This document shows, one piece after another, positions 1 to 7,788 of a stretch of 29,018 nt of DNA. Numbering within the stretch: the first letter of the stretch is position 1; every line of letters starts with the position of its first letter. The stretch comes from Thermoproteota archaeon. GTDB taxonomy: Archaea; Korarchaeota; Korarchaeia; Korarchaeales; Korarchaeaceae. The DNA is taken from assembly GCA_027491735.1 (NCBI GenBank), contig JAOZGP010000010.1:1-29018 (forward strand), written 5' to 3'. The notes below the pieces were generated by a model, which saw nothing but the letters and a program-made list of their open reading frames with translations, was not told where the DNA came from and did no database searches. Position numbers and translations under genes: made by a program.

Positions 1-1220
1 GCATAGGGTTTGCAGAACTTGGACATGAAGTAATCTTTGTAGACATAGATAGAGCTAAAATTGAAGCTATAAACAACCTTAATCCACCGATATACGAAAG
101 AGGTCTCGATGAGCTGATGAAGAAGAACAGAGGTAAATTCTACGCCACAGACGATTATAGAGAAGCTATAGCTAACACCGAAATAACGTTCATCTGTGTC
201 GGAACACCATCAAGAGAAGACAGTTCTATAGATCTAAAATATGTCAAATCAGCCGCTGAAAGCATTGGAAAAGCTCTTGCCAGCAAGGAAGATGTTCATG
301 TTGTAGTAGTTAAAAGCACAGTCATCCCAGGAACTACAGAAGGTGTCGTGAAGCCGATAATCGAGAAAGAATCCGGCAAGGAAGCGTTCAAAGATTTTGG
401 TTTAGCAATGAATCCCGAGTTTCTCAGGGAAGGGAACGCTGTTGAAGATTTCTTCAATCCTGATAGGATAGTAGTTGGTGTCAGAGATAACAAAACTAAA
501 TCGATCTTGGAAGAGATATATAAGCCGTTCAGCTGTCCGAAACTTTTCACTGACATAAAGACGGCTGAGATGATCAAATACACTTCAAACGCTTTTCTTG
601 CCACCAAGATTTCATTTGCTAACGAAATAGGAAACATATGCAAAAAATTAGGCATAGATGCCTATGAAGTATTTAAGGGCGTTGGACTTGATCACAGAAT
701 AAACCCCTCATTCTTCAGAGCTGGTATAGGCTTTGGTGGAAGCTGTTTTCCCAAAGATGTTAAAGCCTTAATCACGAAAGCTGAAGAACTTGGTGAAAAT
801 CCAAAACTGCTGAAAGCAGTGATAGAAGTAAACGAAGAGCAACCCTTAAAGTTAATTGAGCTGCTGAAGAAACACGTTCCAGACTTGAAGGGTAAAACAG
901 TTGGCGTGCTTGGCTTGTCCTTCAAACCCGACACCGATGATATTAGAGAGAGCAGAGCAATACCTATTGTTAGAATGCTACTCAACGAAGGTGCCAAAGT
1001 GGTTGCATACGACCCGAAAGCAATGGAGAACTTCCGGAATATATTTCCCCAGGTTGATTATGCCTCGTCTGCCGAAAAAGTGCTTGAAGCCGACGCAGTT
1101 TTGATAGTCACAGAATGGGAAGAGTTCAAAAACCTGGACTACAAGGGAAGAATAGTTATTGATGGGCGACGGATCGAAAAAGCAAAAGAAGCTGCTGTTT
1201 ATGAGGGAGTGTGCTGGTGA
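1..1220 (+). CDS. ugd: UDP-glucose 6-dehydrogenase (5'-partial; gene starts upstream of the window)
   Basis: Frame is open from base 3 (IGFAELGHEVIFVDID...), upstream of the ORF-track ATG. Motifs FICVGTP, KSTVIPGTT, NPEFLREG, AEMIKY, catalytic GFGGSCFPKD and GLSFKPDTDDIRES. Confidence 0.95.
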   Translation, partial: IGFAELGHEVIFVDIDRAKIEAINNLNPPIYERGLDELMKKNRGKFYATDDYREAIANTEITFICVGTPSREDSSIDLKYVKSAAESIGKALASKEDVHVVVVKSTVIPGTTEGVVKPIIEKESGKEAFKDFGLAMNPEFLREGNAVEDFFNPDRIVVGVRDNKTKSILEEIYKPFSCPKLFTDIKTAEMIKYTSNAFLATKISFANEIGNICKKLGIDAYEVFKGVGLDHRINPSFFRAGIGFGGSCFPKDVKALITKAEELGENPKLLKAVIEVNEEQPLKLIELLKKHVPDLKGKTVGVLGLSFKPDTDDIRESRAIPIVRMLLNEGAKVVAYDPKAMENFRNIFPQVDYASSAEKVLEADAVLIVTEWEEFKNLDYKGRIVIDGRRIEKAKEAAVYEGVCW

Positions 1221-2056
1221 TGAAAGTCAAAAAGGCTGTAATTCCTGCTGCAGGTTATGGAACGAGAATGTTACCAATAACAAAAGCCCAGCCTAAGGAA
1301 ATGGTGCCTGTTGTTCACAAGCCAGTTATCCAGTATGTGGTGGAGGAAGCATATTACTCTGGGATCAGAGATATCCTTATTATAACCGGAAAGGGTAAGA
1401 GAGCTATTGAAGACCACTTTGACAGAAGCGACTTACCAAAGAAGGATAAGTACGTAGACGAGCTTGACAGAATTCTCGAAGAAGTTGATATATTCTTTGT
1501 GAGGCAGAAAGAACAAAAAGGGTTAGGTGATGCTGTTAGATATGCAGAATCCTTCGTTGATGATGAACCATTCGCTTTGCTACTTGGTGATACTATTACC
1601 TTTCCACCTTGTACCAAAGAACTGATCCACGCATATAACAGATACAAAACGTCTATTATTGCAGTTGAAGAAGTACCCACAGAGAGAGTCAGTCTGTACG
1701 GTATTGTAGCATGCAAAGAGATCGAAAATAACGTTTATCTGATAGAAGATTTGGTTGAAAAGCCAAGTGTTGATGAAGCTCCATCGAATCTAGCGATCCT
1801 AGGTAGATATATACTAACACCGGAGATTTTTGATTGTATCCATGAAACTAAACCTGGCAAGAGTAACGAAATACAGCTTACAGATGCGCTGAGAATACTG
1901 AATACAAGAGAAAAAATGTATGCGTATCTGTTTAAAGGCAAGAGGTACGACATAGGAAACAAGCTGGACTGGCTCAAGGCAAATATCGAGATGGCGTTAG
2001 AGGATGAAGAAGTCGGGAAAGAGATAAGGGAGTTTATCAAGTCGATGGGGGTTTAA
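1220..2056 (+). CDS. galU: UTP-glucose-1-phosphate uridylyltransferase
   Basis: KAVIPAAGYGTRMLPITKAQPKEM, QKEQKGLGDAV, VEKP, GRY, EIQLTDAL, YDIGN motifs. The ATG at 1220 overlaps the ugd stop (TGATG coupling). Confidence 0.95.
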   Translation: MKVKKAVIPAAGYGTRMLPITKAQPKEMVPVVHKPVIQYVVEEAYYSGIRDILIITGKGKRAIEDHFDRSDLPKKDKYVDELDRILEEVDIFFVRQKEQKGLGDAVRYAESFVDDEPFALLLGDTITFPPCTKELIHAYNRYKTSIIAVEEVPTERVSLYGIVACKEIENNVYLIEDLVEKPSVDEAPSNLAILGRYILTPEIFDCIHETKPGKSNEIQLTDALRILNTREKMYAYLFKGKRYDIGNKLDWLKANIEMALEDEEVGKEIREFIKSMGV

Positions 2057-2057
2057 G

Positions 2058-3101
2058 ATGTCCAGCAAAGATGTTGTTCGGGAAGGAGTAGATGAAATCG
2101 TCAGAAATCTCGGAGAAATAAGCTTCGAAGACCAGACTGTGCTGATAACCGGTGGAGCTGGTTTCCTCGGTTCCTGGATATGTGATGTGCTTGTCAGGCA
2201 GAATGCAAGTGTAATCTGTCTGGATAACTTCGCGAGTGGTCTGGAGAGCAATGTTGCTCATTTGATGAATCATGAAAATTTCACGTTTGTCAGGCACGAT
2301 GTTTCCCAGCCAATATATTTCGACGATGAAAGGATAGATGTCGTCATGCATTTGGCTTCGAGAGCATCCCCTTTGGAGTTTAACAAATTCCCCATACAGA
2401 TTATAAAAGCAAACACGCTTGGCACGTGGATTGCGCTTGGCATAGCAAAAAAACATAATGCGAGACTCCTTTTCACGTCAACCAGCGAGGTTTATGGTAA
2501 TCCTGAAATCGTACCAACTCCTGAGACATACAATGGAAACGTGAATCCGGTTGGTATAAGGGGTTGCTATGATGAGGCGAAAAGAGCTGGAGAAGCGATG
2601 TGCATGGCGTATATGAGGCAACATGGTCTGGATGTCAGGATTGCCAGAATTTTCAATACGTATGGGCCAAGGATGAGAGCAGATGGTGTATACGGAAGAG
2701 TAGTTCCAAGATTCATTACTCAAGCTTTGAATAACGAACCGATTACAGTGTTTGGAGATGGTAAGCAGACGAGGAGTTTTTGTTATGTGACAGACCAAGT
2801 TGAAGGTTTGCTAAGATTGGCTTGGTTTGATGACTTAAGAGGGGAAGTGATAAACATAGGTAATCCAAACGAGATTACAGTACTGGAGCTGGCTGAGATT
2901 ATTAGGAGAATTGCAAACTCAAATTCCGAAATTAAGTTCTACCCTCCAATGCCTGACGACCCAAAAAGAAGATGTCCTGACATAACCAAAGCCAAGACTC
3001 TCCTAAGATGGAGACCTAAAGTTGGGCTTGAGGATGGATTAAGGAATACTGTAGAGTGGTTTAGAGATGTTTTCAGTAATTTTACAGGATACAGTAAATA
3101 G
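2058..3101 (+). CDS. uxs: UDP-glucuronate decarboxylase (UDP-xylose synthase), extended SDR family
   Basis: ITGGAGFLGS, HLASRASP, STSEVYG, GCYDEAKR (YxxxK), RIFNTYGPRM, GKQTRSFCYV, DDPKRRCPDI are the UXS signature set. Confidence 0.9.
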   Translation: MSSKDVVREGVDEIVRNLGEISFEDQTVLITGGAGFLGSWICDVLVRQNASVICLDNFASGLESNVAHLMNHENFTFVRHDVSQPIYFDDERIDVVMHLASRASPLEFNKFPIQIIKANTLGTWIALGIAKKHNARLLFTSTSEVYGNPEIVPTPETYNGNVNPVGIRGCYDEAKRAGEAMCMAYMRQHGLDVRIARIFNTYGPRMRADGVYGRVVPRFITQALNNEPITVFGDGKQTRSFCYVTDQVEGLLRLAWFDDLRGEVINIGNPNEITVLELAEIIRRIANSNSEIKFYPPMPDDPKRRCPDITKAKTLLRWRPKVGLEDGLRNTVEWFRDVFSNFTGYSK

Positions 3102-3112
3102 GAGGGAGTAAA

Positions 3113-5182
3113 CTGAATCACGGATCAAAAATATTTAATTTTTATGTATTGACATATTTAGTTATTGCATCTATAGGAGTAATTTCATTTTTATCTAATA
3201 AATATCTATTTCTTTTAGATTTGAATCCAATATTAAACAGTTATAGAGTATTAGAACCATTCTACGGAAAATATACTCCTGTAAGTGGTGGTCTGCCTGT
3301 CAATTTAATATCAGCTATCATCCCAGCAGAACTCTTTCAAAAAATTATGCTCTTCCTCATACTCTTTTTAAGTGGATATTCGATGTACAATTTAGCCAGT
3401 AAGTTTACATCATCAAAGACAGCCCAATTTTACGCTGGTTTGTTATATATGCTTAATCCTTACACATACATCAGGATAGTCGTCGGGCACTGGCTGATAT
3501 TATTTGCATATGCTATTTTTCCGTTAGCAGTTAGATATTTTTTAGAGTTACTGGACAAGAAGGATTTAAGAAGTATAATAAAAACAGCTTTAATAGCTAC
3601 TCTTGTAGCATTCAATGCCCACACTCTTTTCATAGCATTTTTAATCTTCTCAATTCTTTTCTTATTCAGACTCTGCAAAGATAAATCAATCAACCTGATA
3701 AAGCCCATCGCAATAGCTTTTGCTCTCTTCATAGCGTTAAACACATACTGGCTCATACCTCTATTCACAGCCCAAAAAGAAACGATACTATCTCACATCT
3801 CATCGGAAGACCTTGCAGTCTTCGCTCCTCGCATAGAATCGGTCTCAGCGCTCTTCACTCTTGCAAGCATGCATGGATTCTGGAGACCCGGCTACATCTA
3901 CGCTAAAGACTTTCTGCCGTTTTGGTGGATTTTATTTGTCTTCATTCTATTCTTGGCAGTTCACGGTTTTGTCTCATACTACAGACACGAAAGGCTTGGA
4001 ATTTACGTCAAAGCTTTTGCAGTAATCTGGCTTGTAGGCTTAATCTTAGCGGCTGGAATAAGAAGTCCTTTTGCAGATTTCTTCAAATTTCTCTTTGACC
4101 ACATACCCTTAATGAAAGGAATGAGAGATACGCACAAGTTCGTGACAATGCTATGCTTATCATATTCCTGCTTGGGAGCTTTAGGCTTAGCTGAAATAGA
4201 GAAAAGCTTGGAAAACAAAAAACTGTTAAAGAAAGCTGTAATCTTAGCAATTCTGCTTGTTCCCTTAATATATTCTTTCACGTTCTTCAACGGATTTGCT
4301 GGTCAAATAAAGCCAACTGACTACCCAAATGACTGGTATAAAGTTAATGAGTTCCTGAACAAGGATAAAGACGATTTTAGAGTTCTATTCTTCCCATGGC
4401 ATCTCTACATGGACTTTCACTGGGTACCTAACAAGGATAAGCGCATAGCAAATCTCGCACCCCTCTTCTTTGATAAAGAGATTATTTCAGCTAAAAACAT
4501 CGAAGTTCCCGGAATATACAGACAGATGTATACTCCCTACCAAGTCTATATCGACTATCTCCTAAGCAAAAGAAACGAAATAACGAACTTCGGCGAACTT
4601 GTAAGCATTTTGGGCGTCAAATATATTTTGCTGACAAAGGAAGTAGACTATAAAAACTACTTCTTCCTGTTCAACCAAACAGATTTAGAATTGGTAATGG
4701 AAACAGAAAAGTTCTACGTATTCAAAAATAAGGCGTTTAAGGGCTTAATATTTTCGGTGGACGGAATTGCATACGTCAAAAACTGGGACGAGCTGATAAA
4801 CGTAAGCAAAATGGAAGACATAACTAAGAGACTGTATTTAATCGGCGACGGTAAGGAAGAAGGGAACGAAAGTTACAAGAGACTTAAATACGAGAAAGTC
4901 AGTCCAGTAAAATACGTTATCAAAGATGAACCCTTGAAATACATTATTTTCACAGAAGAATACTCCAAAGACTGGAAGCTTAATGATAGGGAGCCTATGA
5001 AAGCTTATGGTGTTGTTAATGCTTATGTTGTGCCTGAACTACCCACACCAAGTGAAATAGTTTACGAGAGGTTCCACAAAATTTGTTTACCTTCCTACGT
5101 TGTATCTATTATGACTTTTCTGGGATGCATTGGATATTTATTCTATGACTGGAGAAGGGAAAAAAGGAGATGGATAGGCTAA
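3113..5182 (+). CDS. Polytopic membrane protein, GT-C-like (AftD/YfhO-like) putative glycosyltransferase
   Basis: Many hydrophobic segments, AGLLYMLNPY motif, MRDTHKF loop, soluble region with FRVLFFP and LGVKYILL, and a C-terminal TM with a basic tail. The frame is open back to a CTG at 3113 behind GGAGGGAG; the ORF-track start is TTG 3149. Start uncertain. Confidence 0.65.
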   Translation: MNHGSKIFNFYVLTYLVIASIGVISFLSNKYLFLLDLNPILNSYRVLEPFYGKYTPVSGGLPVNLISAIIPAELFQKIMLFLILFLSGYSMYNLASKFTSSKTAQFYAGLLYMLNPYTYIRIVVGHWLILFAYAIFPLAVRYFLELLDKKDLRSIIKTALIATLVAFNAHTLFIAFLIFSILFLFRLCKDKSINLIKPIAIAFALFIALNTYWLIPLFTAQKETILSHISSEDLAVFAPRIESVSALFTLASMHGFWRPGYIYAKDFLPFWWILFVFILFLAVHGFVSYYRHERLGIYVKAFAVIWLVGLILAAGIRSPFADFFKFLFDHIPLMKGMRDTHKFVTMLCLSYSCLGALGLAEIEKSLENKKLLKKAVILAILLVPLIYSFTFFNGFAGQIKPTDYPNDWYKVNEFLNKDKDDFRVLFFPWHLYMDFHWVPNKDKRIANLAPLFFDKEIISAKNIEVPGIYRQMYTPYQVYIDYLLSKRNEITNFGELVSILGVKYILLTKEVDYKNYFFLFNQTDLELVMETEKFYVFKNKAFKGLIFSVDGIAYVKNWDELINVSKMEDITKRLYLIGDGKEEGNESYKRLKYEKVSPVKYVIKDEPLKYIIFTEEYSKDWKLNDREPMKAYGVVNAYVVPELPTPSEIVYERFHKICLPSYVVSIMTFLGCIGYLFYDWRREKRRWIG

Positions 5183-5229
5183 AAAGTTAAAAAGAGGATT
5201 AAAGAGATTCTAGGAATTAGGTGAGTTGA

Positions 5230-5474
5230 ATGGAGATAGAATTTACAAACCACGCAAGAGACAAATTTCTAATTCTGGAAAGGCATGGTTTTCGAGTGAG
5301 TGAGGAAACCGTGTTAAAAACTGTTAAAGAACCGGACAAAATAAAGGCTGGTAGAAAAGGTCGGTTAATTGCACAGAAGGCAATGGATGAGGGACATTTA
5401 TGTTGTATACGAAGTAAAAGGTGACAAAGTGATAATAGTTATATCCAGCGAGGAGGGACAGATATGAAGATTAA
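5230..5474 (+). pseudogene. DUF4258 (RelE/BrnT-like) toxin, doubly frameshifted
   Basis: MEIEFTNHARDKF... continues in a second frame from 5402 (VVYEVKGDKVIIV) and a third from 5442 (YPARRDRYED*, stop 5472-5474), overlapping the antitoxin start. Confidence 0.75.
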
Positions 5475-5679
5475 ATATGATAGAGAAGTGGACATACTTA
5501 TGATAGAACTCTCTGACGAAAAAATAGATTACGCTGAGGAAGCCGGACCTATGATAATACATTTTAAAGATAACAAACCAGTGTTAATAGAGATCCTCGA
5601 CGCAAGTGAATTTCTTGCAGAACTGACAAAAATATCCATGAAAAGCACAGGCAGAGAGGCAGTAGAAGTTAAAACATAA
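5464..5679 (+). CDS. DUF2283 family protein, putative antitoxin
   Basis: MKIKYDREVDILMIEL...PVLIEILDAS pattern; usual downstream partner of DUF4258. Confidence 0.85.
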   Translation: MKIKYDREVDILMIELSDEKIDYAEEAGPMIIHFKDNKPVLIEILDASEFLAELTKISMKSTGREAVEVKT

Positions 5680-5682
5680 CTT

Positions 5683-5870
5683 GAATGGGAGTTAAGGTTT
5701 TTACAAAATGACAAAATTGTCGAATCAATTCTTCTGTATTCTGTTATTAGTTTTTGGATGACGAGGCAACGAGACACAACTTCAAAGCCGAGTATTTAGA
5801 TGTTGCCAAGCTCAGGAAAAGGAGGCTAGCTAAAAGTTGAGGAAGGGATGAAGAAGATCTGGAGATTCGG
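5683..5870 (+). pseudogene. Degraded 3'-end remnant A of a GT-C-like membrane gene paralog
   Basis: From 5683 it reads EWELRFLQNDKIVESILLYSVISFWM, which aligns with WEVRIYKDGKLVEKVRSIPLYSVINGF of remnant B. Bases 5815-5858 resemble the tail at 5157-5208. Confidence 0.55.
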
Positions 5871-5884
5871 AAAAAGTTTATTAG
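5871..5884 (+). promoter_or_regulatory. Archaeal BRE/TATA promoter for the UPF0175/DUF3368 pair
   Basis: AAAAAGTTTATTAG, followed by an SD-like GGTGA at 5911 and ATG at 5920. Confidence 0.55.
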
Positions 5885-5919
5885 TCATCTCACATTGATT
5901 TTTTGTTATAGGTGATGAA

Positions 5920-6168
5920 ATGATAACCATACCGGAAGACGTGCTCGCTTCCATGAAGCTGCCCGAAAAGGATAGAGAGAGGATCTTAAAGGTAGAGTTA
6001 GCCATAGCCCTTTATCAGAGGGGGGTTCTGTCCATTGGCAAGGCAAGAAAACTTGCTGAGATGAGCAAATGGGAGTTCATAGAAGAACTTGGCAGAAGGA
6101 AAATCGAAAGGCACTATACAGAGAAGGAACTTGAGGAGGATATCGCCTTTGCAAAAGGTAGTAAGTAA
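5920..6168 (+). CDS. UPF0175 family antitoxin
   Basis: ELAIALYQRGVLSIGKARKLAEMSKWEFIEELGRRKI...YTEKELEEDI is the UPF0175 pattern. Confidence 0.9.
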   Translation: MITIPEDVLASMKLPEKDRERILKVELAIALYQRGVLSIGKARKLAEMSKWEFIEELGRRKIERHYTEKELEEDIAFAKGSK

Positions 6169-6637
6169 TTCTTCACCACTCATCCATCTATCAAAAATCT
6201 CGAGATTAAACCTGCTGAAAGACTTTTTTAGCGAAGTAATTGTTCCGGAAGCTGTTTATAAGGAGTGTGTCGTTGAGGGCGGAGACAGAGATGATGCAAG
6301 AAAAATTGCGAAAGCGAAATGGATCAAGGTTCTAAAAATAAGGGATGAAAAGCTCAAAAGAGCTTTCATGATGGAACTTGATGAGGGTGAAGCTGAGGCA
6401 ATAGTGCTTGCCTTGGAAGAATCTGCCGATCTGATCCTTTTGGATGACTATGAAGCAAGAAGAGTGGCCAGGAGTTTTGGATTGAGCGTTACCGGAACAG
6501 TAGGTATTTTAATCAGGGCAAAGCGTGAAGGTAAAGTAGAGAGTTTAAAGGATGAGATTGAAAAGCTTATGAAAACAGGATTCTGGTTAAATAGAGAATT
6601 GTATGAAAGAATACTGGAAGAGTCGAGGGAGTTATAG
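6149..6637 (+). CDS. DUF3368 PIN-domain (VapC-like) toxin
   Basis: Likely TTG start at 6149 (VVSNSSPLIHL), overlapping the antitoxin. Motifs VPEAVYKE, LDEGEAEAI, LLDDYEAR, GTVGILIRAK. Confidence 0.9.
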   Translation: MQKVVSNSSPLIHLSKISRLNLLKDFFSEVIVPEAVYKECVVEGGDRDDARKIAKAKWIKVLKIRDEKLKRAFMMELDEGEAEAIVLALEESADLILLDDYEARRVARSFGLSVTGTVGILIRAKREGKVESLKDEIEKLMKTGFWLNRELYERILEESREL

Positions 6638-6695
6638 GCAGGCAGAATAAATCAACGTCAATAGGAACAATTAATTAATATAGAATAATAAAAAA

Positions 6696-7100
6696 ATGCT
6701 CCCAGATATGACCTGGTTCCTAATCCAATACAAAAACAACACTCTGGAAAGTCAACGCCACGAACATTTCATGCTCTCATTTGTCGAAGCATACGATCCT
6801 CTATGGGAAGTCAGAATATACAAAGACGGTAAACTGGTAGAAAAGGTTAGATCCATTCCATTATACTCGGTTATAAACGGATTCTGAATCAATGAAACTG
6901 GAGAACTTGGAAATAGTAATCAGATATACACCGTAAGATTTGTTTGAAATCGGTTTAATGATTTCTGCAACAACCTTCATAGGTTGCATTGGTTACCTAT
7001 TCTACGAATGGAGAAGAGAAAGATGGATGGGTTAAGAAGATTGAGGAAAGGCTAAGAATGTTCTTGAAGAGAATTTACCGAAAAATTAAAACCATTTAAT
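6696..7100 (+). pseudogene. 3'-end remnant B of a GT-C-like membrane gene paralog
   Basis: FMLSFVEAYDPLWEVRIYKDGKLVEKVRSIPLYSVINGF*INETGEL / EIVIRYTP*DLFEIGLMISATTFIGCIGYLFYEWRRERWMG*. The end matches TFLGCIGYLFYDWRREKRRWIG* of the 3113-5182 gene. Contains internal stops and frameshifts. Confidence 0.8.
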
Positions 7101-7115
7101 CGTTAACTAAACGAG

Positions 7116-7320
7116 ATGGAAAGAGTGTACGAGCTTTTTCAAAAACTCCCGGATGAGCTCAAAAGAGAGGTTATAGACTACAATAGAGTTCTTATTAGAA
7201 GAGAGATCAAAGAAAAAAAGAGGACAGCTTAGCTTATCATGGAAAGGCGCTCTGAAAGAGCTGAGAGATAAATACGCATCGGTGGAACTCCAGCATAAAG
7301 CTCTTGAATGGTGGGACTGA
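7116..7320 (+). pseudogene. DUF2281-type antitoxin, one +1 frameshift (absent from the ORF track)
   Basis: MERVYELFQKLPDELKREVIDY / IEFLLEERSKKKRGQLSLSWKGALKELRDKYASVELQHKALEWWD*, with an extra A near 7182. ATG TAT TTG at 7321 looks like the MYL start of a lost PIN toxin. Confidence 0.75.
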
Positions 7321-7322
7321 AT

Positions 7323-7596
7323 GTATTTGATGTATTCCTTCAGGCGGTAGAAGGGCATCGAGTTAACCCTCCTGTTCACTTCCCTCCCTTGCCGTTGTCT
7401 CTGACGCCGTCTAAGTTTCCCATAGCGATTATTGCATTGTGCCTCCCAGCTTCATCAACGACTTCCTTTGCTATCCTGTGCAATTCATCGTTCACGATTC
7501 TTCTCTCCTTATGACCAATTTTTCCTTATCGCCCTAAGTTTCTTCTCTCTCCCAAGCTTCCTTCTCAACCAGAAATACCTTCCACGAACCTCCCTC
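7323..7596 (-). mobile_element. tnpB: IS200/IS605-family tnpB internal fragment (pseudogene)
   Basis: The minus strand reads across two frameshifts as REVRGRYFWLRRKLGREKKLRAIRK / IGHKERRIVNDELHRIAKEVVDEAGRHNAIIAMGNLDGVRDNGKG / VNRRVNSMPFYRLKEYIKY, the helical and RuvC-II region of TnpB. Confidence 0.8.
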
Positions 7597-7601
7597 TGGA
7601 G

Positions 7602-7657
7602 GGAATCCCCAGCCGTGCTGGAAGATGCCCTCTATTTTAATGGAGGGAAGAGGTCAC
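7602..7657 (+). mobile_element. IS200/IS605-like right-end hairpin
   Basis: GGAATCCCC...GATG-CCCTCTATT-TT-AATGGAGGG-AAGAGGTCAC: a 9-bp stem (one G-T pair) at 7628-7647 followed by GGTCAC, resembling archaeal tnpB element ends. Confidence 0.5.
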
Positions 7658-7788
7658 GGAATATTTCCGAACGACTTTGTCCATATTACATTTAGATTTA
7701 GATTGTATTGTAATAGAAGGGCTGTGCATCCTCTGCATGTATGATTACTGTCACGATGTCATAATACTCTTTCCCCTTAGCCCTCATT

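Noticed and set aside
6089-6148. N-terminal extension of the DUF3368 ORF in the ORF track
   Set aside because: It lies deep inside the UPF0175 gene; family similarity begins at TTG 6149.
7107-7379. 90-aa minus-strand ORF
   Set aside because: Only the first ~19 residues are TnpB; the rest is antisense to the DUF2281 pseudogene.
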